Virus record (IMG/VR): IMGVR_UViG_3300021197_001902
Location: 1 to 64,000 of that record
Reading direction: 5' to 3' (one strand)
Length of the DNA: 64,000 bases
Origin: a virus
Positions 56,133-64,000 of this stretch are shown piece by piece. The notes under the pieces are model-generated. The model saw nothing but the letters and a program-made list of their open reading frames with translations. It made no database searches and was not told the DNA's origin. Within the stretch, counting starts at the first letter, position 1. Each line of letters opens with the position of its first letter. The position numbers and the translations under genes were made by a program.

Positions 56133-56161
56133 ATTTTACAGCATGAACAAATATTTTACAG
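56133..56161 (-). promoter_or_regulatory. Intergenic 9-bp direct repeat CTGTAAAAT, 20-bp period
   Basis: ATTTTACAG on + at 56133-56141 and 56153-56161; each copy contains a -10-like TAAAAT on the coding strand. Confidence 0.35.
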
Positions 56162-56162
56162 A

Positions 56163-56897
56163 CTAATCAACAAATAAGTTTGCCAAATCTTCATACTTTT
56201 CGTCCTGCAGGAAGGTCTCGAAGATAGGATCAACAACTATTCTATCGTCCTTGAGATACATATTGTGTTTAAAGTATTTAAAGGCGCTGTCTGGATCGTG
56301 TCTATCGGGGCCGTCATATTCAAGATTGATAAAATCTTGTTTTCTCTTCTCAGTCCATTGGCAATTATAACCATCATAATACCCTTGCCCACCCTCCAAG
56401 CCTGCACTACGGTAAAAATCAATGCCAACTATATAAAGTTCCTTCAAATCTGACGATAATAAGTCGATTATGGCAGAGAATCCCGTGTTGGGTCTGGAAT
56501 TGGTTGACGTCTTAATCTGCCAGTAGGGATCCTCTGGGAGTGTAACTGTAGTGAAATAGGGCACTGTTCTTAGTGCGTCGACATTGCGTGCCATACGTTC
56601 TTCAAAGAACCACTCATTTTTTGGATAAGATGAGGACAAGTATTTGACTCTGTTCCTAACACATGTTTGTGCCATTATGTGAGGAGGGTCATCGAGAGTG
56701 GCATATACCACATCGGTCCTGCTACCCAGATATTTCTGGTATTCCTTTTCGACTTCTAGCATGTTGTTAAGTCGCACCACGACATCGCATGCCTCTATTT
56801 TTGCACCGTTCTCTTGCATAGTTGCTGTCTTTGATGGACCAACAACTGCAACAGTCTTATTCTCTAGAAATTTCTTATACTGCATTTCTCTAGACAT
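56163..56897 (-). CDS. GT29-like (sialyltransferase family) glycosyltransferase
   Basis: Sialylmotif L-like VAVVGPS...IEACDVVVRLN...GSRTD; S-like PNTGF...GIDFY; H-D-x3 VS-like segment. Confidence 0.75.
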   Translation of the reverse strand: MSREMQYKKFLENKTVAVVGPSKTATMQENGAKIEACDVVVRLNNMLEVEKEYQKYLGSRTDVVYATLDDPPHIMAQTCVRNRVKYLSSSYPKNEWFFEERMARNVDALRTVPYFTTVTLPEDPYWQIKTSTNSRPNTGFSAIIDLLSSDLKELYIVGIDFYRSAGLEGGQGYYDGYNCQWTEKRKQDFINLEYDGPDRHDPDSAFKYFKHNMYLKDDRIVVDPIFETFLQDEKYEDLANLFVD

Positions 56898-57591
56898 CGA
56901 CTTTTCTTATCTCCTCTTCGTCTTTAGCCACAGTAGTAATAATTCTATCATCACTAAATTGATCAATCCACGGGAAGTGCGCATCTGTTGGGTAACAATA
57001 TCTGGGATCTAGGACGAGTGTTGGTGGAAACTGTTTTAGCTGGCGATTCCAGTGGGACTCGTCGTGCCACACCGCCATAACGCTGTTTTTATCATCAGTA
57101 TCTATTCTTTCCTTCATTAGACGGGCCGCTTCCAAGTAAAACTCTGTGCGGCCTCCTTGAACTCCTCCACAGTAATACGGATGATACATCTGTGGCGGGA
57201 CATAAGCAGTCGAGGTTCCGCGGCGTTCAAAGGTACCATCACTTCTTCTGTAGAAGCCAGGGTGTTCGCAGGCCACAATATCAGACACTATCTCTTCGCC
57301 TATAGGTTTTTCTATGTTTAGGTCGACATCTAAGTAAAATAAGAAATCATAATCTTTCAAGACTTCTTCGGCCAACAGAAAATAGTGATATCTATACAAG
57401 GTGTCTCCGGGGAAGCCCTTTCTTTCTATTTGATATTTCTTGACGTTTTCGCCGAACTCCTTATCGCTGTCGGTAAAAAGAAAAATATCTACATCATGGT
57501 CTATCATGAAGTTCTTGTTTAGACTCTTGTGGAGGTTTTCTGCTAGCTCAACGTAGCCCCCGGTCGCGACGTTTAAAACTGCTACTTTCAT
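56890..57591 (-). CDS. GT6 (ABO/alpha-1,3-Gal(NAc) transferase family) glycosyltransferase
   Basis: ATG.Y, FTD, LYRY, LDVD, HPGF, FERR, YYCGGVQGG and AVWHDESHWNR; ATGA overlap at 57588-57591. Confidence 0.92.
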   Translation of the reverse strand: MKVAVLNVATGGYVELAENLHKSLNKNFMIDHDVDIFLFTDSDKEFGENVKKYQIERKGFPGDTLYRYHYFLLAEEVLKDYDFLFYLDVDLNIEKPIGEEIVSDIVACEHPGFYRRSDGTFERRGTSTAYVPPQMYHPYYCGGVQGGRTEFYLEAARLMKERIDTDDKNSVMAVWHDESHWNRQLKQFPPTLVLDPRYCYPTDAHFPWIDQFSDDRIITTVAKDEEEIRKVDV

Positions 57592-58400
57592 CCCATTATC
57601 TCCCAAGTTGGTGGAATTATCTCGTGATCCTCAAGGTGAGCGTTCTTTTCGCCGTACCACCTTCTCGGAGCGACTACTCTCTTGTTTTCATTCTGATTCA
57701 ACCAGGCGCCCCAAAATGAAAATGTGGAGTTGCCAATAATATTATCATTAAGCAATGACATAAAGTACAAGTCTATGACGTCTGTCTCGCCCTCAATAAA
57801 TTTAACATTCTCAGCTTTGTCACTGAAATTAAGCTTACACCATTCAATATCATCGCTGAAGAATACAAAGGTGGAGGTTGTGTCGAAGGTGGCCATTGCA
57901 TTGATATAGTACTCTGGCTTCTGTGAATAGTGATACTGGCTAAGTCTAGGCGTCAGGAAGTCTCCTCGCCTAACGTGGACAGCCACTGTGTTGTTGAGCG
58001 CTAGAATGTCAGAATACTTAGATTCGATGTGTTCTTTAATCTCCACCGGGATCGAGAAGGTCTCTAGAATCAAGTCTCTCCGGTGTTCAAAGTACGCGTA
58101 TGATTGAAAATATCCATCCAGGCATAAATTGGGCGCATATGGGAGTTTTTGGTGTTTCCAGCTGCGTTCTGAGTACAGATGCTTGGAAAACGATTTATCA
58201 CCTTCAATATTCAAATTTCTAAATATTGTATCCACGTATGGGCCAAACCACTCTCTGTTTTGTAGATCGGGGAAGACGGCCTCGTCGTTATTATCCGCTG
58301 CATGCGCAAGGGTAGCCGCAATTGTAAATATCTGATTACCTAAACCAGCAAGATAATGTCCGTCAATCTTGCTAGGACCTTTAACGTGACATGTTATCAT
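57588..58400 (-). CDS. GT11 alpha-1,2-fucosyltransferase family
   Basis: GLGNQIF, GYFQS, HVRRGD, FSDDIEW and NSTFSFWGAWL. Confidence 0.93.
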   Translation of the reverse strand: MITCHVKGPSKIDGHYLAGLGNQIFTIAATLAHAADNNDEAVFPDLQNREWFGPYVDTIFRNLNIEGDKSFSKHLYSERSWKHQKLPYAPNLCLDGYFQSYAYFEHRRDLILETFSIPVEIKEHIESKYSDILALNNTVAVHVRRGDFLTPRLSQYHYSQKPEYYINAMATFDTTSTFVFFSDDIEWCKLNFSDKAENVKFIEGETDVIDLYFMSLLNDNIIGNSTFSFWGAWLNQNENKRVVAPRRWYGEKNAHLEDHEIIPPTWEIMG

Positions 58401-59155
58401 TTGTTCTCCAGTTTATTATATTTGGCTTTAGATCTTATCTCAGCCTCCAGCCTCAATTGAAGCTGATGGTTTGTTTTGTGATCGTTTAGTGGATTGGATA
58501 AGTTATAGACATACAACATTTTCTCTATATAACGACTCTTTTCGGCGGCGCACATTTCAAGCATTGGGAACATAAAGGATAAATCCCAGGCCATTCTATA
58601 AAAGTTACCCTCAGTATCTTTCAGGTCTGAAGTTTCTATCTTTGCCCACAAGTGGTATTTAAAGGTTCTGAGGTGTGACGAGTACCATTCACTAACCCTG
58701 TAAGCATTATTCTGCATTACAGATGCTGGAATTTGTCGAGCAAACTTTCCTCTAGTTCCTGCTGGATATTCAATATAGCTACCATACGTTAGCCAACAAT
58801 CTTCGCGATTGTAAAAATCATTCAAATAAGATAGGACTCCAGCCGACGAGAGCCAATCATCGCCGTCAAGAGTAACGATAATATCCTCTGGTTGGGGGTC
58901 TGCTTCAAGAATACCTTCATAGATATTTCTAAGGGCAAACTTCTTTTCTTGGTTTCTAACAAGAATAAACCGGTCATCGCCGGCTATTTCTTTCTCGATG
59001 ATTTGCGCTGTCTGGTCCGTTGAAATATCATCTACCAATACGCATGTAAAGTTACTATAATCCTGTTTTTTTACAGATCTTAAATTAAACTTAATCCAAT
59101 CTTGCACATTATAGAATGGAACAACAACAATAAATCGATTTTGCTCAGAGTTCAC
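58397..59155 (-). CDS. GT2 glycosyltransferase
   Basis: VVVPFYN, SVKKQ.Y, LVDD.STD and LDGDDW. Confidence 0.9.
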   Translation of the reverse strand: MNSEQNRFIVVVPFYNVQDWIKFNLRSVKKQDYSNFTCVLVDDISTDQTAQIIEKEIAGDDRFILVRNQEKKFALRNIYEGILEADPQPEDIIVTLDGDDWLSSAGVLSYLNDFYNREDCWLTYGSYIEYPAGTRGKFARQIPASVMQNNAYRVSEWYSSHLRTFKYHLWAKIETSDLKDTEGNFYRMAWDLSFMFPMLEMCAAEKSRYIEKMLYVYNLSNPLNDHKTNHQLQLRLEAEIRSKAKYNKLENK

Positions 59156-59984
59156 CGGTCACCTCCAATATAGTGTCTACTATCTCGTCTCTTTTGTTAG
59201 TCATGTGATCAATTAATTCTTCACCCTTAAGCGAAAACCATGGCTCACTACGGGCCCCAACTAGTTTGTTTAGTACAACACTCATATTCATCATGCGCGC
59301 TTCAACACAAACTCTGGAAAGTGTCTCCGGTGTTTGTGGGAAGAAAACAAATTTCTTGTTCTTACCAAGTTTGTTAAGGAAAGTCAGATACTCCCTATCA
59401 GACACCAACTGATACTTCTCGTTCTTAGCCACACAATAGCGAATTGCGTCTTTAGTGTTTTTATGTGGGATATTAGAGGCCATAACGGCCACGAAATCAT
59501 TTTTTTCTTGGCCGGCAATCGTTCGCATGTGTTCTAGGGACTTCAAGTCCCACATGTTGCCACCTAGGTTTATTAGGTTGTCGAGGCGAGTATTCTTCTG
59601 GACTATGTCAAAATGAAACTTGGACTGACATAGCACTCCTAGGGCGTTCTGGTATAGCTCTAAATTGACAACGTCATCTTCCGGGGCAAGAAAGTCTGCA
59701 TACAGTGCCGGATTTCTTCTTCTCAAATATTTGTGGTCATGCTCGTAGATCACATATTTATGATCTTTCATGCTTTTCAAAGTTTTTGGAGGTAGATTTA
59801 AAAAATTAGACACCACATAACACGTGTCTTGTGTAAGATTAGCCGTGCTAAGTAGATGGCTATGAATCCTCGATGTGGAGTAACCTCTGTTCTCAAGCTG
59901 ATTTTTTACCTCGTAATCGTTAAGCTCGCCGCCTCCGACCAGCTGATCCACGAAAACATCAGCCACAAACGTGTAGTCACTCAT
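59145..59984 (-). CDS. GT-B fold glycosyltransferase (GT4-like, divergent)
   Basis: GGGEL N-terminal loop; FVFFP..PETLSRVCVEA (Ex7E); start ATG 59984. Confidence 0.65.
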   Translation of the reverse strand: MSDYTFVADVFVDQLVGGGELNDYEVKNQLENRGYSTSRIHSHLLSTANLTQDTCYVVSNFLNLPPKTLKSMKDHKYVIYEHDHKYLRRRNPALYADFLAPEDDVVNLELYQNALGVLCQSKFHFDIVQKNTRLDNLINLGGNMWDLKSLEHMRTIAGQEKNDFVAVMASNIPHKNTKDAIRYCVAKNEKYQLVSDREYLTFLNKLGKNKKFVFFPQTPETLSRVCVEARMMNMSVVLNKLVGARSEPWFSLKGEELIDHMTNKRDEIVDTILEVTGEL

Positions 59985-61245
59985 ATTCCTCAATGCCGTC
60001 TTGCAAATCAACAAGCCAGTTATTCATCTCTTCTGCATCGGCATTTGTAAACTCGACAGCTTCGATAAAATCGTTATAGATCTTTTCATCTGTAAAGTTT
60101 GCCAAAACATGATTCATAAGAGTTGTTGCTTCTTTCTTCCAGTGCGTCTCTTTTTCCAGGCACTCATCTAGAGCCCTCTTGAAAGAAGCCTCCTTTGCAA
60201 AGGCCCAACTTGAATCTTTCTGAATGATGCCGTCCCAGACAGCTTCTTGCTGCACTGGCAGTACATCGTAGTCAACCTTCAGAACGCGCGGGACTTGCTT
60301 GCCCTTTTTGTTTGGCTTTGTAATAAAGTCCATTTGGCCAGACCAAGTTGTTGTGATGAGAGGAAGCCCATTATAAACAGCCTCAAACATAGGAAGACCA
60401 TAGCCTTCGCCATGGCCAATGTTAATCAACGCCTTCATTGTGGGATGTTGGTAGAGCCACGTAAGTGCTCCAGGCTCCATCTCACCGTGAATTAGGTATA
60501 TGGAGCACTTCTTGTCCCCAAGCGTGTTTAGAATGGCTTCCATGCGCTTCTGAGTGTATATTCTATCCATAACAGAATCCGAGGCCATGTTGGTCTTGAT
60601 AACGAGCCCGACATCTTCACGATCTCTAAAGTTATCAACGAACCACCTGATTGTATTGTCTAAATTCTTTCGGGGGCCCCACTGGGACACAGCCAGGAAG
60701 TTTTCAGTTGTCTTGAAGTTAATGTCAACTTCAACGGGTTCGGAGGTGCGCACTGGGTAATTGACAGCATCAATCGGGACGGTCACGCCCCAGTTATCTA
60801 TCTTATTGCCGTTACCATCTTGAATGTTGTAAGTTGTCTGTTCAAATACTCGCTTAGAATGATTTGATACAACAACAACTTTATCAACACAGGTATTCGT
60901 CTTTTCAATCCATTGGGGTGATACTTTGGTAGTCTCGATGCCCGCAGTATAACCGATGTTAATTGGACATAACTTCTCAAACTCGTTTGGAACTGTGACT
61001 TGTAGAGATACCTCAAAGGTGCCTCCACTTTGAGTGTGGACGGACGTTTTAAGGAGTGTTTGCTGGATCCATTGCGTTTCTTCAGAAGTATCTGAAATCT
61101 GGCCCGTCCTCCCCCAGGCCGTATTGATCATATAAATATCATACAAATCTGGTCGTGATCGAAGCGCTCTAAGAGCAAATCTAGACTGTTCTCCGTATCC
61201 GGATCGTGATAGGAGAGGCCCTTTAACTAAAATTCTTTTCAACAT
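59977..61245 (-). CDS. GT4 glycosyltransferase
   Basis: SGYG, PRKN and GEGYGLPMFEA...GLPLI. Confidence 0.88.
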   Translation of the reverse strand: MLKRILVKGPLLSRSGYGEQSRFALRALRSRPDLYDIYMINTAWGRTGQISDTSEETQWIQQTLLKTSVHTQSGGTFEVSLQVTVPNEFEKLCPINIGYTAGIETTKVSPQWIEKTNTCVDKVVVVSNHSKRVFEQTTYNIQDGNGNKIDNWGVTVPIDAVNYPVRTSEPVEVDINFKTTENFLAVSQWGPRKNLDNTIRWFVDNFRDREDVGLVIKTNMASDSVMDRIYTQKRMEAILNTLGDKKCSIYLIHGEMEPGALTWLYQHPTMKALINIGHGEGYGLPMFEAVYNGLPLITTTWSGQMDFITKPNKKGKQVPRVLKVDYDVLPVQQEAVWDGIIQKDSSWAFAKEASFKRALDECLEKETHWKKEATTLMNHVLANFTDEKIYNDFIEAVEFTNADAEEMNNWLVDLQDGIEEYE

Positions 61246-62495
61246 TAAAATACCTTTACTTCATAAGAACTATAATTTTTACGATCGTCCCAGGAACCCT
61301 TCTCATCACAAATCGAAGTGAAAAGATCATCCCATCTTTGAACGTAATCATCAAAATTAAACTGCTTCTGGGTCCAGGCTCGGCCCTTAGCTCCCAGCTC
61401 AATGCGTTGATCGCGGGTCATCTCATACATTTTAACCAAAGCGTCAACAAATACTTCCTCACTAAGCCGGTCCTCATAAATAAAGGGAACCTGCTGAGAT
61501 CCAATAACAGCCTTTGAGACTGGCTGGAGACCTAGGCCAAAGAATTCTTCACCGTCCGTCACTTGGTCTTGAAGGCCACCTGTCATATTAACAATGATCG
61601 GTGTACCGCAAGAAAGAGATTCTAAAGTTGACAGACCAAAACCCTCTGCATCTGAGATACAGCAGGTTACGTCAGACATATTGTACATAATGGCTAGATC
61701 TTTTGAATCCACCTTCTGACGAGAGAACATTACTTCCCCGTTGGTTAGCCCAAGCTCGTTAATAATCGCCTCTAGATCTTGGCCGTGCACATCTTTAGTG
61801 TCTGTATGCATGATCAGAGTGGCGTTTTCGGGCCCGACTTTGTCAAGGAAGCCTTTGAACCACCAAATCAAACTACCGGAAAGCTTACGGCGGGCATTAC
61901 GGCTATTCCAGAAAATAACAAATTTGTCATTAAGACCTTTTTCTTTTCTCCATTGAATGATTTGCTCGTCATCGTATGGAGTGAAAACATCAGCATCAAC
62001 TGCGTGTGGGATATATGATGAATCCGTGTTTGGTGCTACTGTCTGGACAATGTCATGAGTAAGTTTTGAGATGCATGCAACGTGATCATTTGATTGATAA
62101 AAAGGGCTGTTGAAACTTGGGTAGGGATAGTTATCCCACACATGATAATAGACCATAGGGACATGAGGTCGAATTTCGTTCTCGATGGCCCAGAGCCAGT
62201 CATAAAAACGGGGGTCTGTCATAAACCATAAGATATCAGGCTTCTGCTGCTGAATCATGGCTCTAACCATGTCTTGATTTCCATAACCGTCAACAGGCCA
62301 AATAACCCAGTCTTCCCCCCACTGCTCGGTTCTCTGAGGCTCATGTTTGGGGTGTTTAATAGCACCTCCAAAGGAAACAAACTGGTATTTACCCGTCTTT
62401 AGCATTCCTTCGATCATATATTTTGTTTGTGTTCCGACACCACTCGGAGATAGCGGATGGTCGCTAATGGTAAAGATCTTAATCTTATCTGACAT
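61245..62495 (-). CDS. GT4 glycosyltransferase
   Basis: SGVG, IPHAVD, RNARRK and EGFGLSTLESLSCGTPII. Confidence 0.9.
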   Translation of the reverse strand: MSDKIKIFTISDHPLSPSGVGTQTKYMIEGMLKTGKYQFVSFGGAIKHPKHEPQRTEQWGEDWVIWPVDGYGNQDMVRAMIQQQKPDILWFMTDPRFYDWLWAIENEIRPHVPMVYYHVWDNYPYPSFNSPFYQSNDHVACISKLTHDIVQTVAPNTDSSYIPHAVDADVFTPYDDEQIIQWRKEKGLNDKFVIFWNSRNARRKLSGSLIWWFKGFLDKVGPENATLIMHTDTKDVHGQDLEAIINELGLTNGEVMFSRQKVDSKDLAIMYNMSDVTCCISDAEGFGLSTLESLSCGTPIIVNMTGGLQDQVTDGEEFFGLGLQPVSKAVIGSQQVPFIYEDRLSEEVFVDALVKMYEMTRDQRIELGAKGRAWTQKQFNFDDYVQRWDDLFTSICDEKGSWDDRKNYSSYEVKVF

Positions 62496-62503
62496 TTAAA
62501 TTC

Positions 62504-63286
62504 CTAACTGCAGTGTTCCGTTTTATACAGTGAACAGGGATAGGGCTTTCGACAATTCAATTTATTCTTGATTGTAAAGCCTTTTTTAATATTATAAATT
62601 GCTTGGTATAAAACTTTAAGCGCGTTTTCCGTTTTCTTTGGGCCGCTCGTCACTCTAAATATTTCCACACGGTCTTTTTTGGCCGTTCTTTTTAAGAGAG
62701 CAAAGTGTGTTTCTACGTTTTTGGGATCAAGATTGTGCTTCTGACAGAAGAAATGTTTGTATAATGTAAGCTGGTACGTCACCATTTTCTCTGCTTTTTT
62801 GCGTGAGTCCCACCCCCATGAGCACGTTTTCCAGTCAAAAAGATGATAGGTATTACCCACTTTGACTACAGCATCAACAAATCCCTTAAAGTTGTGCCCA
62901 AAGTTTTCGATCTCCTCATATAAAAGTTCCTCAGAGGAGTAAACTTCATAATCTCCAAAATAATCATCCAAAGCATTTTCTACTTCAGCAAGAATTTCAG
63001 GACCTGCTGTTCGCATTTGCTCGACATTTTTATCATTTACTTCAACATTTTTTTCGGCAAGTTTTTGCAACTCTTTATCGAAGCCAATTTGAAACACCTT
63101 TTTTTGGTCTATGTTTTCTCTGAGTAATTTCTTTTCACAGACATCGTGAATGGCTGTGCCAAAAGCAGTATACTCGTTGCCATCAAATGAAGCGACTTTT
63201 TCAACCCAGCTCTTTTTGTGATAGTGAGGACAATGTACCCAGTCTTTAAGTTCGGAGTAAGATATGTGTGTTTTTTTATTGGTCAT
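62504..63286 (-). CDS. PD-(D/E)xK nuclease (RecB/Cas4-like)
   Basis: ISYS...CP, GTAIH, KGFVD, DWKT, QLTLY and a C-terminal three-Cys cluster. Confidence 0.88.
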   Translation of the reverse strand: MTNKKTHISYSELKDWVHCPHYHKKSWVEKVASFDGNEYTAFGTAIHDVCEKKLLRENIDQKKVFQIGFDKELQKLAEKNVEVNDKNVEQMRTAGPEILAEVENALDDYFGDYEVYSSEELLYEEIENFGHNFKGFVDAVVKVGNTYHLFDWKTCSWGWDSRKKAEKMVTYQLTLYKHFFCQKHNLDPKNVETHFALLKRTAKKDRVEIFRVTSGPKKTENALKVLYQAIYNIKKGFTIKNKLNCRKPYPCSLYKTEHCS

Positions 63287-63902
63287 TGAGGGTTGCTACA
63301 ACTTTCTGATAGAGTATCGGACTTATACTTTTAACATATTCTGGGTTCTCTGTAAAGTATTTTTCGAATCCATTAGCAAAATACTCTTGGATTGATGTTG
63401 CTCCGTAGGGAGAACAAAACAACCCCATCGTAAGACTTAGAAGAGTTGGGTAGCCAACTACATTTGCTAGAAAATCATCAAAGGGTTTATTGTACTCTGC
63501 GTTTGCATACATTCTTTCTGGTATCTGTTCGTACCCCTCAGCCTGAAGCAGGTGATACAACTTTCTCCTCTTGCCCAGAAACTCCATCTGCATTCTTTCG
63601 TCGTATATAAAATATGGACGATCAGTCTCGGCAGCATGTGCGACTTCGTGAATAAAGTTCTCAACCATATCGTCGTTAGTCGGCTCGGAGAGCTTCATAT
63701 AGATAGCACCCTCAGCGTATGCTGCATTACGACCATCTAAAATGGGATTGTCAGCAATATAACAGACCTCCACATTGCGTAGGACCGATAGAGGAAGCGT
63801 GTTTTCAATTTCAGTGCAGAAGCCGGGGATGTTTACACTTGGTTCGGCTTCTCCAAATACAAATACAGGAATGTGATAGATATAATATTCACGGCTGTAC
63901 AT
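63276..63902 (-). CDS. HExxH zinc metallopeptidase-like protein
   Basis: FIHEVAH plus downstream YGATSIQEYFANGF. Confidence 0.7.
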   Translation of the reverse strand: MYSREYYIYHIPVFVFGEAEPSVNIPGFCTEIENTLPLSVLRNVEVCYIADNPILDGRNAAYAEGAIYMKLSEPTNDDMVENFIHEVAHAAETDRPYFIYDERMQMEFLGKRRKLYHLLQAEGYEQIPERMYANAEYNKPFDDFLANVVGYPTLLSLTMGLFCSPYGATSIQEYFANGFEKYFTENPEYVKSISPILYQKVVATLNDQ

Positions 63903-64000
63903 TGTTTTTGTTTTCTACGGTTTCAACATCCGTAAGGGCCTGCTCATATCCTCGAAGAAAGTTTTCCTCCGCAACCGCAAGCAAGAAATCGGGGAATTCT
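63889..64000 (-). CDS. 3-prime end of a hypothetical gene running off the window
   Basis: Open frame ...EFPDFLLAVAEENFLRGYEQALTDVETVENKNNVQP, stop TGA at 63889-63891. Confidence 0.6.
   Translation of the reverse strand, partial: EFPDFLLAVAEENFLRGYEQALTDVETVENKNNVQP

Larger units (their letters stand above)
1..64000. mobile_element. Segment of a large T4-like tailed bacteriophage genome
   Basis: Recognisable gp20-like portal, gp17-like terminase, gp6/gp25-like baseplate, gp55-like sigma and gp46/47-like genes. Coding is dense and co-oriented with TAATG/ATGA overlaps, and no cellular housekeeping genes are present. Confidence 0.93.

Noticed and set aside
8347-62495. Giant eukaryotic virus or bacterial O-antigen locus origin
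   Set aside because: The T4-like portal, terminase, baseplate, sigma factor and Shine-Dalgarno sites indicate a bacteriophage; there are no wzx/wzy/wzm genes or housekeeping context.
62504-63286. CRISPR-Cas locus
   Set aside because: The Cas4-like nuclease is solitary; I saw no repeat-spacer array or other cas genes.
312-63740. The many 60-140 aa plus-strand and nested ORFs in the track
   Set aside because: They are shadows of long minus-strand genes, with no motifs; only 7548-8288 occupies its own space.
1-64000. Stop-codon reassignment as in some jumbo phages
   Set aside because: Code 11 gives near-complete coding density, and TAG and TGA both end well-recognised genes at expected lengths (terL, gp25, RuvC, GT11).

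Overview
This window is a gene-dense segment of a large T4-like (myovirus, probably jumbo) phage genome in the standard genetic code. Every credible gene but one is on the minus strand. In coordinate order: a head/packaging block (gp20-like portal, gp17-like terminase); a putative lysis cassette; a lone plus-strand J-domain gene; a fused Mre11-Rad50 (gp47-gp46) gene under its own sigma70-type promoter; three small genes sharing an MKI[ST]KxxLxxIIxE leader; primase and a RuvC-like resolvase; a ~31 kb baseplate/tail block (tail-collar-like paralogues, a 2841-aa LamG/gp7-like protein, gp6, gp25, a split gp5 hub/spike); a gp55-like sigma factor; a ~15 kb glycan cluster (gmd, GT10, GT11, GT6, GT29, GT2, three GT4-type, a sulfotransferase, methyltransferases, a NeuA-like enzyme, an SIS-HAD fusion); a PD-(D/E)xK nuclease; and an HExxH protease. 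The three best candidates for an undescribed system are: (1) a duplicable leader-peptide system for loading unrelated cargo proteins into the capsid; (2) a phage toolkit from the same enzyme families that build H, ABO, Lewis, sialyl and sulfo glycans; and (3) a [ST]-[GAS]-[ST] tripeptide concentrated in some virion proteins, which may be the acceptor site for that toolkit. All calls come from motif recognition by eye; no database search was run.
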